NCBI GenBank assembly: GCA_963693365.1
Contig: CAVNZM010000070.1
Location: forward strand, 1 to 15,340
DNA: 15,340 nt
Source of the DNA: Amoebidium appalachense
Lineage: Eukaryota; Protista; Ichthyosporea
Direction: 5' to 3'
In this document: one piece after another, positions 1 to 15,340 of the stretch
Position numbering within the stretch: position 1 is the stretch's first letter
Layout of the letters: every line of letters begins with the position of its first letter
Translations under genes and position numbers: made by a program
The notes under the pieces: model-generated
What the model was told of the DNA's origin: nothing
Databases searched by the model: none
Seen by the model: the letters and a program-made list of their open reading frames with translations, nothing else

Positions 1-159
1 TTCTTCTTTACTAAGCTTGTAGTCTAGGCATGTAGATTCTACATAGTTCCAGGGTAGGGGGCACCTTATCTCATCTCGCCCCCTCCTCTCTTCTTCTTTA
101 CTAAGCTTTGTATATAGGGGTATTTTGAGATGTAGAGTGAGTGTATGATAACTAGATAT

Positions 160-670
160 CTCTCTCTACTCTTACATCAAGCTTCCGTCACGATATAAGA
201 TGATAATTACAATCCTAAATACAGAAGAAGGTAAAATGTCATTTTTAGGTGATTAAGAATTCAATTTTAGGGAACCAATAAGATTCTTAAATTGAAATCC
301 ACAGATTTATAAGGTAAAATAAGCAGTTTAGTGCTATTAACATAGCACATCTGGAGTAGAAGTAAATTATCTACTAGTAGGAAAGAGAAAGTATGTATCA
401 CACCATTCATGTTGGGAAAAATGTAACAAATATAGGATTAGTAGGTATAGCAGTTTCAATAATAAGGTTTAAAGGACAAAGTAGAAGTAATTGAGTTTAT
501 AAAATTATATTAAAGATAATAGGAGGAAGTCTAATCTTGGGATTAGAAAGCGATAAATGAGGAAGAGTAATAGGATTAACAGGAGAATATGGAAAGTTAA
601 TCGTAGAATATGGATTAGTAACTACTATAATAATCTCGGTAGTTGCTATATTAATGATGGATAGAGAGAA
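160..670 (-). repeat. Inverted diverged copy of 7290-7790
   Basis: Collinear inverted blocks, e.g. GGGATTAGAAAGCGATAAATGAGGAAGAG (~539-567) against CTCTTCCTCATTTATCACTTTCTAATCCC (~7377-7405), and GATATAAGATG..TACAATCCTAAATACA (~192-223) against ~7735-7766. Confidence 0.85.
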
Positions 671-1789
671 AGAGAAAAAGGGAATGGAATGAGTAGGGTT
701 AATTACTTTAGCAAATTTAGGAATGATCATTTTAGTTTGTGTTAAAGAATTCTTAACCATTTACTTAGCAATGAAAGCTCAAAGTTTAGCTCATCTGGAA
801 GCTCATCATTTAACTTTCAAAGGTAAGCGGGATAAATTATCATTATTAAACGTTGGGTTGGAATTTTTATTAATTTGATTGTTGATTTTTCTCGCGGTAA
901 CTGTATAATATTATTCTTATATTTGCCTCTTCGAATTGAGAGGCTAGTTCTTACTAAAGCTCTTATTCTTATTAGTAAGAAATGGTTCAAGAGTACTGAG
1001 GTACTTTTGTTGATACAAGTACTCTACTAATCAGAATACTTAAAACTTATTCCTTCATATTTATTATCCTTTTTTCTTATCTTTCTTTAATTCTTTATCT
1101 TCTCTTTTCTATCTTATTAATTCTTTCTTCTCTTATTCTTTCTTCCACTAACCAAAACTACTTTTTACTACCTTCTGGTTAGTAAAAGAAGGTAAGGGTA
1201 AAAATACCTGTACCATGGTACTATCGCTGTGGAAATAGTACTAAACTTTCTCGAATCAGATTAGTGTGCTAGAGAAGACATTCATTCATTTAGTGTATAT
1301 AAAAAGGAGATAACTGAAAGTTAATAGTTTTAGACGTCATAAAAAAGAGTTTATATTCTTAATTATGACTTTATAGAAAGAATATTTAAGAGCTTTATAG
1401 AAGGAACAGAGTAAAGTTTGCTTCGTGACATAGGAGAGTCGATCAATGAGATCACTCGGATCACTAAGACACTAATTGTTAAGGGGGGGAATTAGTGCTT
1501 TGTCTGACCATGTGTATATAGGGGGTACACATGCCTTGTTTAACTTAGTCACTTAAGTTAATTCTATAAAAGGAAGAAATCTTTTTTCTATAGTGCTAGG
1601 ACTATTTACGGAAAGCTATTTCCTTTAGATGATGCCCAAAAAATCCAAAGTACCCCTCCCTTTGCTTTCGAGATCCTGGACCCATAATTTTCAGGTTTTG
1701 CACCGACTATTTGCATTGCTGTATAGGTATTCTCCTAAGGTTTTCTCTTAATACAAATTGAACTTTTAAGAAGCATTTTAAAAATAGGT

Positions 1790-2950
1790 GGTTTGTTGGT
1801 GAGGAAGTTAGGTATTATAGGTAAATCCTTTCTTTATAAAGAACAATTTCTGCCATTTATAAAATACAAAAGTGGTTACATGCACATTATTTTTAAAGTA
1901 AAATTTCGTGTCTTTCATAGCAATCTAATTTAAATTTTTAATCTACATTAGTGAGGAATTTCAACACTAAGCACTAACTAAATGGTAGTCTACTCTTCTC
2001 GTCAGCTAGCTTCCGGAGGGGAGTTAGGTATTATAGGTAAACCCTTTCTACATAAAGAACAATTTCAGCCATTTACAAAAATAAAACTTATAAGATTCGA
2101 TTTGTTACATGCACCTTCTTTTCAAGTAAAATTTAGTATTTTCCTAGCAAAAATTTTTAAAATTTTAATCTACATTAGTGAGGAAATTAAATAGTAAGCT
2201 CTTATTTGAAGGTAGGATACTCTCCTGGTTAGGTAGCCTCCAGGAGGTTATTAGGTATTTGAAGTAAACCTTAAAATGATAGTGAGCATTTTCAGCCATT
2301 TAGGTGGGATAAAAGTGGTTACATGCACCTTCTTTTCTAGGAAATTTTAGTGTCTTTCCTATAAATTTTATTCCCCTTTGTATCTTTAATTAGTGAGTAA
2401 TTTCAATACTAAGCTCTAATTAAATAGTAGGATACTCTCCGGTACCCTCCGGGGGGGGTATTAGGTATTCGAGGTAAACCTTAAAAATGACAGTGAGCAT
2501 TTTCAGCTATTTCCAAAATACAAAAGTGGTTACATGCACCTTATTTTCAAGGAAATTTTAGTATCTTTCATAGCCATTTTATTTACCTTGGTATCTTTAT
2601 TTAGTGAGGAATTTCAATAGTTAGCCCTTTCTAGATGGTAGGATACTCTCCAGGCTAGAAATGTTCCGGGGTATTAGGTATTATAGGTAAACCTTAAAAT
2701 GACAGTGACTATTTTTCAACTATTTAGGTGTAACAAAAGTGGTTACATGCACCTTATTTTCTAGTACCATTTCGTGTCTTTTATAGAAAAATTTATTCTC
2801 CCTCCCTGGGTACCTTTAGTTAGTGAGTAATTTCAATACTAAGCTCGTCCTAAATGGTAGGATACTCTTCTGGTCCGCTAGCCTCCGGGGGGTATTAGGT
2901 ATTATAGGTAAACCCTTTCTACATAGTGAGGATTTTCAACCATTTACGAT
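1790..2950. repeat. Tandem satellite, ~215-bp unit, 5 full copies plus a partial sixth
   Basis: TTAGGTATT..GTAAA anchors at 1808, 2024, 2251, 2461, 2674 and 2895, with shared GTTACATGCAC and TTAGTGAG motifs. Confidence 0.93.
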
Positions 2951-3054
2951 AAACAAAAATTATTACATTCACCCAAGAACTTCCCTGATTCCTTCTATTC
3001 CCTCAAGAGCACCAATTATTTATGTAAGATCGTAATAGATTCTTACATTCTTGT

Positions 3055-3295
3055 TATTCATACCCTCATGCATAACCTTATTCGATTCATGCACTCCTAT
3101 TATTCATATACCCATGTCAAACATGACCACATTTGAGTCATACACTTATGCATAACCATGTTTATTCATACACCCCTGTCATGCATAACCACTTTCGATT
3201 CATACACTCATGCATAACCATATTTGATTCTTGCAGCCATGCTATATACTCAAAAGCACTAATCATTCATGCACGATCACAATTGTTTCATACAC
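3055..3295. repeat. Irregular ~30-bp minisatellite (TCATACACTCATGCATAACCATATTTGAT-like)
   Basis: ATGCATAACC occurs 4 times and TCATAC-like starts recur, mostly at 28-34 bp spacing. Confidence 0.8.
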
Positions 3296-3554
3296 TTCTG
3301 TTATTTATACCCTAAAGCATGATGATCCACCCAAAACGTTCGCACCAACAACAAACGCAAGAAAATCACACTAAAGTATAACTACCAACCCAATACGTTC
3401 GCACCAACGTAATAAATTTGCATCAAGGCAAGAAGATTAAACTTAATTCAGACGTTCATACCATAAATAGATATTTTACCTCGAAACATTTCACCCAGAG
3501 GCATCTGACTAAGAAACGTTTTATCAAGAGACATCTCATTAAAAAATATCTCAC

Positions 3555-3785
3555 CTGTGAGTACTAAACGAGCTTGTTGTCGTATGATAACAAGAGCATA
3601 AGAATGTATTTTAGCGATAAAGCTCTCTTGAGATTCTAGTCCTAACATGCTATTTTACGGTAAGAGTATAAGACTATTGGTCTTAACCACAAAGTACTTT
3701 TAAGGTGTGTAGTCTCATGAGGATAAGAGCATAAGATTATTTGTCTCAACCATAGAGAAATTTTTTAAGCATGTAGTCTCATCAA
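3555..3785 (-). repeat. Inverted relic of the 152-bp unit plus a 63-bp tandem duplication
   Basis: TGTGAGTACT..CGAGCTTGTTGT..AAGAGCATAAGA is an inverted match to 6483-6535. TAAGAGYATAAGAYTATT..TGTAGTCTCAT occurs at 3661 and 3724. Confidence 0.75.
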
Positions 3786-5118
3786 TCTAAACTCGTTGAA
3801 TAATCAGACACCAGTGGACAGACGTTAATGTATTAATGCGTGTATAGAATGTTTCTACAAAACTTGGTATAAATATTATCTTAACTTTAGGCTAAAATAT
3901 ACTATTTGATAAAGTAATATCGCATATAGGCATATAAACCTGGATGAGAAGCTGTTGGATTTTTGATTTGTCCTCTTGAATAAAAGATGTACTGCTTGAG
4001 AAAGGAATCTTACAAAGAACGGCCAAGTGTAATTAACACAAATGCTCCTCTATTAACTTCGCTATATGCTGAAACAACCTAAAAATTTAATAACTTTCTA
4101 AGAGTGATAATCTTAAATCTACAACCGGTCTCTACATAAACATTAAGTTAATCAGCAAGAAACTAAAATAGATGAAATCTTTATTAATCGGATTCTTAAT
4201 TACTATATATGAAACAATATGGTTTATTATTGTATAGAACCGTTTGACGAGATAGTCCACTATTAAATATGAGTTTAAGTTGGTTTAGATAAATAGTATT
4301 ATAGGTTTTACTCTAAACTGGGGATTAAATGGTATATTAAATTAACATTTGGTAATAATTAATACAGTGTACTGTAAATTTATAAAAGTAAGTATAGTAC
4401 ATGACGTGTCCTTAATGCTAATATTGCAAAGCAGTTAATAGCTAAATAAGTATAGAAAAAGCTTTCTTATGACGTACGAGGTATAAATTGTTGGATAAAC
4501 GTTACTTAAGAGAAGGAAAACCTTGATTTACCTGTTTAATAGGTATAGCGTGATCCACCAGTATGAGTCATGAAATTTTGATCTGTCTCATAGCTATTAT
4601 AGACACTTCTAAATTTAAAGTGCTTATTATTTATATGAGTAGAGAGAATTTAGTAAGGCCCACTTGTTTGATCTAAGAAATAATACAAGTTAATATTAGA
4701 GTTTCTTATGGATTCATGTTGGTTTATAGTTAAAATGGTTATGATTTTCAAATTTTAGATTCTAGATTAAACCTTTTAAATGAACACTAATATGAGAAGT
4801 AATAATTAAAATTAGCCAAATAATATGATATTATTTTTGGATAATAATAACTAAAGGTTGGAGTACCGCGAAAGTTCCGTCGATTTCCGTAGATACCGAA
4901 TCCAATATCCTCATCCTTCTAATTGTTAATATAGCGCAGTAGATAGAGTGATATATTTTTAATGTACTAATTGTTAGTTAGAGTTCTGCAATACCTATTA
5001 CATTAAAGGTAATTTATATAGTTAAATAAAATAATATACTTGATGTATTGGCTGTAGATTTGTTTGCCGGTTAAGACAAGAGTATAGACTTCTATCTAGC
5101 GATAAGGTTCCTTGTAAC

Positions 5119-5299
5119 TGCGCAGAATCTCTCCTAAGTGCGCAGGATCTCTCCTAAGTGCGCAGGATCTTTTTTAAGTGCGCAGAATCTCTCCTAAGTG
5201 TACAGGATTTTTCTTAAGTGCGCAAGATCTCTCCTAAGCTAGTTGGATCTTTTCTAAGCGAGTTTGGACCCTTCCTAAGAAAGTTGGGCCATTTCTGGC
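5119..5299. repeat. 20-bp minisatellite TGCGCAGGATCTCTCCTAAG, 6 good and ~3 degenerate copies
   Basis: Units start every 20 bp from 5119 to 5219 and decay progressively toward the 3' side. Confidence 0.95.
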
Positions 5300-5762
5300 G
5301 AAAATCCTACTATCAATTAATTTGAGTACTAGATTAAGGAATCTCTATGTGAAATTTGGTCGACGAATTGTATTAAAAGTACAATGACAAATAGTCTTAT
5401 GAGGTTAAATTCTAACTAGAGTTTTAATAATGTTACTATTATTCTTTTCCCTAGCCATTGCTATCACTTTACTATTCTTTTTACCGATATTACTTCTTTA
5501 TTCCATTAATCTTTTATCGTCTTCGATCTATTATTCTTTCGTAAATTTTCATCTATTAATTAATTATATAATCCTAACATCTTACCTTCTTGACCTAATG
5601 TCTTCTTATCTTTGTCGTAATCCTATTATTTGATTCTTTTCATCCTTATACCATTTCGTTTACACTATACTATCTAATTATTCTTATCCCTATTTGGTTT
5701 TATTATTCTCAGGATTTTTATCCTCTGGTTATCTTTCCCCTCTCCCCGCATTTTTTACGCCT

Positions 5763-5930
5763 CACTATTCCGCATCTTACTATCTTTTATACATTATTCC
5801 GCATCTTACTATCTTTTATACATTATTCCGCATCTCGCTATTTTTTATACATTATTCCACATTTCGCTATCTTTATACTTTATTCCGCATCTTACTACCT
5901 TTCATACATTACCTTTTCTGCATTACTTAA
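5763..5930. repeat. 29-bp minisatellite CATTATTCCGCATCTTACTATCTTTTATA, ~5.5 copies
   Basis: Units at 5763, 5792, 5821, 5850, 5878 and 5907. Confidence 0.93.
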
Positions 5931-5996
5931 CGTTCCACCACCTTTGGTGTATTACTAAGCCTTTCAACACTCAATATTTCATTTCCTTTAAAGCAT

Positions 5997-6170
5997 TAAT
6001 TAGCACCCATTACCTTTGATGCATTAATCAGCATCCATTAATTTTTATACTTTAATTAGCATCCATTGTCTTTAATGCAATAATCAGCATCCATTGTCTT
6101 TAATGCAATAATCAGCATCCCTTGTCTTTAATGGAATAATCTGTAACCATTATCTTTCATACATTAATAA
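5997..6170. repeat. 28-bp minisatellite TAATCAGCATCCATTGTCTTTAATGCAA, ~6 copies
   Basis: Direct reading shows a 28-bp period. Confidence 0.93.
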
Positions 6171-6400
6171 AGTAATTACTAATCTTAATGTAGTTACTAT
6201 TCAATACTCAAGGATTAACTATCCATATTCTCCGGTTAATTCCATTATTCTTTCTAATTCATAGCTTTCTAATCCCGCGATTAAGCCTACTCCTATTATT
6301 ACTATTGTATTTATATTAAATCGATTACTTCTACTTTATCCATTTTGCTAAACATTACTATTTAAACTACTATATCTATTAATACCATATTTATTAATTT
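6160..6400 (+). repeat. Direct diverged duplicate of ~7300-7520
   Basis: GATTAACTATCCATATTCTCCGGTTAAT occurs at ~6213 and ~7348, followed by collinear CTTTCTAATCCC, ACTATTGTATTTATATT and TTGCTAAACATTA blocks. Confidence 0.85.
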
Positions 6401-6442
6401 CTCTTTCTTACTAATAAAATAATAACAGTTCTAAAAATTTAT

Positions 6443-6890
6443 AGAGCTAGTTAGTGTTTCTTAAGAACTACCTTACTAAAGAATAGTCTTATGCTCTTAT
6501 CATCATGATACAACAAACTCGGGAAGTACTCACACCTATTCTTTAAAGTGATGCTTTCCTACTAATTGAATAGTGTAACTACTCTATTTATTAGAGAGCT
6601 AGTTAGTGTTTCTTAAGAACTACCTTACTAAAGAATAGTCTTATGCTCTTATCATCACGATACAACAAACTCGGGAAGTACTCGAACCTCCTCTTTAAAG
6701 TGATGCTTTCCTACTAATTGAATAATGTAACTACTCTATTTATTAGAGAGCCAGGTAAAGTCTCTTAAGAGATTCTTTCCTAAAAGAATAATCTTATGCT
6801 CTTATCAGGACGATACGACAAGCTCGTGAAGTACAAGCATCTACTCTTTACGATCATACTTTTATACTAATTAAGTACTATGTTAATAGT
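6443..6890. repeat. 152-bp tandem repeat, 3 copies
   Basis: AGAGCY anchors at 6443, 6595 and 6747. The first two copies are nearly identical and the third is diverged. Confidence 0.93.
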
Positions 6891-8799
6891 ACTTCCTTCC
6901 TTTATTACCTATAAAATTTTTATTAAGTCCAGAAATTCCAAGTGGATAGAATAGATTATCCAGATTCGTTTAAGGTACTATTACTCTACAGAATTATTGC
7001 CCTAATACTCTACTATTATTATTTAATAATTGAATGTTGTTTAGATTCAACCTTTCTAATTTTATGAAGATTGATACAACATTACACGGTAGATCTGCCG
7101 TATGGGCTATTAAATAATATTTCATATGATACATAGTCATGGACTTAATGAACCTAATTAGATATGTATGCATACGACCATCGGGAGTGCTAATTGTAAG
7201 AATCACATTATATATAGGATTATCTGAGAGTATAGTAACTTATACTTTCTATTAAATCTGAATTAATAATAAAAAAACTATACTCGTTCTATTTTCTATA
7301 CTTCATTAATAAAGCAACTACCAACATTAATGTAGCTTCTATTCCACGATTAACTATCCATATTCTCCGGTTAATCCTCTTCCTCATTTATCACTTTCTA
7401 ATCCCACGATTAGACCTACTCCTCTTATCACTATTGTATTTATATTTATTTCTACTTTGTCCACTCTTGCTAAACATTAATATTAAACTACTATACCTAC
7501 TAATGCTATATTTATTACATTTTTATCACATGAATGCTGTTATACATCTTTTCTCTTTCCTATTCTTGAATAATTAAATTCTACTCCTACTGCTACAGTA
7601 CTATTAACATAGCACGGAATTTCTAACAAAATGCTACAAAACCAATTTAATAACTCTTTAATATTTTTATTAATCTCAATCCCTCATCTGCTAAATTTCC
7701 AAAATTGACGATTTTTTGGATTTCGATCACATGTTGTATTTAGGATTGTATTTTTCATCTTATATCCTGACAGAACTAGATATAAAATAGTGTAGGAATT
7801 GGTACCTACGGAAGCCTACGGAACTTTCGCGGTGCTCCAACCTAAAAGGACTTAGACTCATGAATCTAAGGGATTAACCATAATCCATCTCTATTCAAAA
7901 AGGTACTAGAATTACTACTGTTTGAAGAAATAAGTTTAATTACAATTTAAGATTTCTTATAAAGCTTATAAATTCCAGATTGTGTCTTGAAAAATTCCAA
8001 AATTGACGCTTTTCTGAAATTTGACAATTTACCACTTTCTGGATTTAGGATTTTTATTTTGATCTTATATGGTGACGTTTACTTGGAATAAGGAGTAGAG
8101 AGGAGGGGGCGAGATGAAATAACTAGACTGGGCCCCCCGAACACTACATGTAATCATGATCCCACGTCGCCCTGTGACAACTCGTGTACTCAAGACGGCC
8201 AAACGTGCACAGAAATCGTGAGGGATCGCGCATCAGTCCGAACGGTATTCCCATTACACATATACACACCCTGTGCCGAATTCACCTTTGTGTTTTCTTC
8301 TTATACTGTACCATATTCAAAGTAATCATTAAATTCGTATTCGGCACTGCTGTTTTTGGCCATGGGTGAGCACGTGCACCGGGCTTGTCCACGGAGACAG
8401 CGTTGGGGTCTCCGGATTTCCGTTACTGGCACCGGTTACGGTAACAGACATGACAGAACAGAACGGGACCTTTCAATAGAGGCCGATGTTGGTTTGGGGC
8501 TTTGGAGTTGGGATGTTGACCGGATCCCGGCGGTGGAAAAGGCGCCAGGGATGGGGAGAGTTCTCGATTTGGGATCATACCGGTTGGGTTGGGGTTTTTT
8601 TTTTGGTGGTGGTGGTGGTGGGGGGGGGGGGGGGCGCGGAGGAAGAAGGGGAGGGAGGGGGGGGGGGGGGGGGGGGAGGAATGCGACTTGGAGAAAGCAA
8701 AGGGTGCACTTAGGCTACACATGCTTTTCCTGTCCGAGACCGAAGAAGGGGGAGGCAAGGGTGATCATATTTTGCGTTAACACCCTCTGAAATACCCGC

Positions 8800-9022
8800 C
8801 AGGGTTCAAAAATACCATCCAAATTGTTTTCGAATACATCCAGTCAAAAGAAAACTTTTTTTGCATGGTACAGCTGCAACTTACAGTACATTTCCGACCA
8901 TGGTATACGTAGATGGATGGTGTGCATGGTATGGACGCTTTATAGGAAAATTTCCGGAGAATACCATCCAGCCTGTAGGAAAATACAAAATATGTAATAA
9001 AAAGCACGAATTTTCGGCCCTG
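8800..9022. mobile_element. Possible 223-bp hAT-type MITE
   Basis: AT-richer island bounded by CAGGGTTCAAAAAT and AATTTTCGGCCCTG (10/14 inverted match), with internal repeated AATACCATCCA and CATGGTA motifs. No TSD seen. Confidence 0.42.
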
Positions 9023-9076
9023 GGGGAGGGGGGGGGGGGGGGAGGGGAGGGGGGGGGGGGCTGGGGGGGGTATATG

Positions 9077-9078
<2 letters not shown>

Positions 9079-9112
<34 letters not shown>
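9079..9112. repeat. (TG)n microsatellite between poly-G tracts
   Basis: Direct reading. Confidence 0.95.
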
Positions 9113-9115
<3 letters not shown>

Positions 9116-9417
9116 GGGGGGGGGGGGGGGGGAGGGGAGGGGAGAGGGTTAGCGAGTTGATTCTGGTTGGGGGTATTCACTCAAATGGATGTTAAAACCA
9201 TTTTTTCAAAAGGGAAGGAAAAAAAAAAAAAAAAAAAAAAAAAAGAAAAAAGGGAGGAGGCACGGGGCGGACTCGAATCAGGCTGGACCAAACAAAAGGT
9301 TTCCCTCCGAGCGACTTGTGCGCGGGAGTGCACGAATGTGTGTGTCTGTGTGTCGTGTCCGTGCGTGTGTGCGCCGAAAAGGTTTTCGTGCGTGGCCGTG
9401 GCTGTGCACGCTACACC

Positions 9418-14410
<4,993 letters not shown>

Positions 14411-15340
14411 GTATATACCCCCCCCCCCCCCCCCCCCTCCCCTAACACCACCCCCCTCCCCGCCCCCCGGAAACACCTACACCAATCCCCCCTCCCTCCG
14501 CCCCCGCCCCCGCAGCCTATCCCCAAAAACACCTGCTTTTTTGTGAAATCACCCTTTTTGGCCTCCCGGTAGTGGATTTTGCAGGATTTGACTTCTTTGA
14601 GGTCCAAAAACCTCAAATTTTCCCTGGCGGGGCCGAGGAGGGAGAATTCAAAAATTGCCCGCTCCTGATATGGTACCCGGGCCGTTCCGCCCTAGTAAGC
14701 GTGTTACTACCCTGCGGCGTGGGTCAAATCTCATATTTTCCCCTCTGATTGCGAATTCTGCGGCCTTCGGGACTTAATTCTTTTCAGCTGGTGTAGTATG
14801 TTAGCCAGGGAAGTATCGACTTAGGTGGCGACGGGGGAGCTTCCTAGAAGCCCCGTCTCCTGAGTTCCTATCTATATTTTTCTTGCTTCTGCTTACTGCT
14901 GCAACTTTAACCCCCGGCCTTTCCCACTGCCCTTGCCTGCATAAGCAACCCTGCTCGTCTCTGATCAAGACGGGTGACCTACCCATGTTCAAGTAAAACA
15001 GTATCTGAGTTGGGTTTCGTTAGCGAGGTGAATAGGTCGAAACTCGGGTACTGTGGATGACGTGGGCCCCCCCTGAGGATGGGCTCTGCTTATTATGCAT
15101 ACTCTTTATGTATGGCTTGCATTCTGCATCGTGTTATCCGTTTGTTCTTGTGTACTTCGTACTTTTTGACGCATTCAAACCCCCCCCCCCCCCCGCCCCC
15201 CCCCCCCCCCCCCACAAGAAGAAAAAAAAAAAAAAACATAGGTAAATTTATAAACCTCATCAAGCCCGGATCATCCACCATTCACGTACACGCACGTACA
15301 CCGTCGCTCTTAAAATTTACATAACTGGGATCTACACCAG

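Larger units (their letters stand above)
4855..7843. mobile_element. Nested ~3 kb non-autonomous TIR element (possibly hAT-like) carrying four tandem arrays
   Basis: 49-bp TIRs at 4855-4903 (AGGTTGGAGTACCGCGAAAGTTCCGT...) and 7795-7843, 42/49 identical by hand alignment. The right end reads TAGGTTGG on the minus strand. No clean TSD. Confidence 0.78.
29..8150. mobile_element. AT-rich composite/nested non-autonomous DNA-transposon block with inverted ends
   Basis: 71-90 TCATCTCGCCCCCTCCTCTC is the exact reverse complement of 8098-8117. 161-241 aligns inverted to ~8021-8100, and weaker similarity runs out to CATGTAG (29-35) / CTACATG (8144-8150). No intact ORF. Base composition changes abruptly at ~8150. 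Confidence 0.65.

Noticed and set aside
1509-1533. CATGTGTA/TACACATG hairpin as a Helitron 3' end
   Set aside because: No correctly spaced CTRR terminus follows it, and there is no other Helitron evidence.
3978-4060. IKDVLLEKGILQRTAKC, vaguely like a Merlin/IS1595-type transposase N-terminus
   Set aside because: It is too short, is flanked by stops, and no DDE motifs were found nearby.
5119-6170. 20-29 bp repeats as a possible CRISPR array
   Set aside because: The units are head-to-tail with no unique spacers, there are no cas genes, and the context is eukaryotic.
497-7206. Short ORFs in the AT-rich half
   Set aside because: They lie in tandem or inverted repeats, their paralogous copies are not open, and they show no recognisable domain.
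7455-7510. Frame-shifted CPTLAKIxIKLL resembling a hAT dimerisation domain
   Set aside because: It needs two indels, is not retained in the inverted copy at ~440-480, and lacks the WW and SERxFS motifs.
4845-7853. 8-bp TSD around the inner element
   Set aside because: The best flank match is only 5/8 in AT-rich DNA, so the superfamily cannot be assigned from it.
8190-8364. Minus-strand frame MAKNSSAEYEFNDYFEYGTV*EENTK... as a divergent gene or further readthrough evidence
   Set aside because: It has no recognisable homology and no downstream exons before the repeat block.
14955-15060. Hammerhead ribozyme (GACCTA/TAGGTC-GAAAC)
   Set aside because: There is no CUGANGA core directly before the candidate stem II on either strand.

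Overview
Eukaryotic genomic DNA in two sharply different halves. Positions ~1-8150 are an AT-rich, non-coding transposon/repeat block. It has inverted termini (~29-670 against ~7290-8150), a nested ~3 kb element with 49-bp TIRs (4855-7843), and tandem arrays with periods of ~215, ~30, 63, 20, 29, 28 and 152 bp that show CG->TG/CA/TA decay. Positions ~8150-15340 are GC-richer and full of poly-G/C tracts and (GT)n/(CA)n microsatellites. They hold the first six exons of a + strand, intron-rich GH20 beta-N-acetylhexosaminidase of the bacterial/fungal GcnA-like type (ATG 9418; the gene continues past the window). The gene has an in-frame TAG at a position I recall as a conserved Tyr, and exon 4 has several apparent single-base insertions plus a TAA. 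Assembly error, pseudogenisation and recoding cannot be separated from this window alone. Most entries in the ORF track are low-complexity artefacts.
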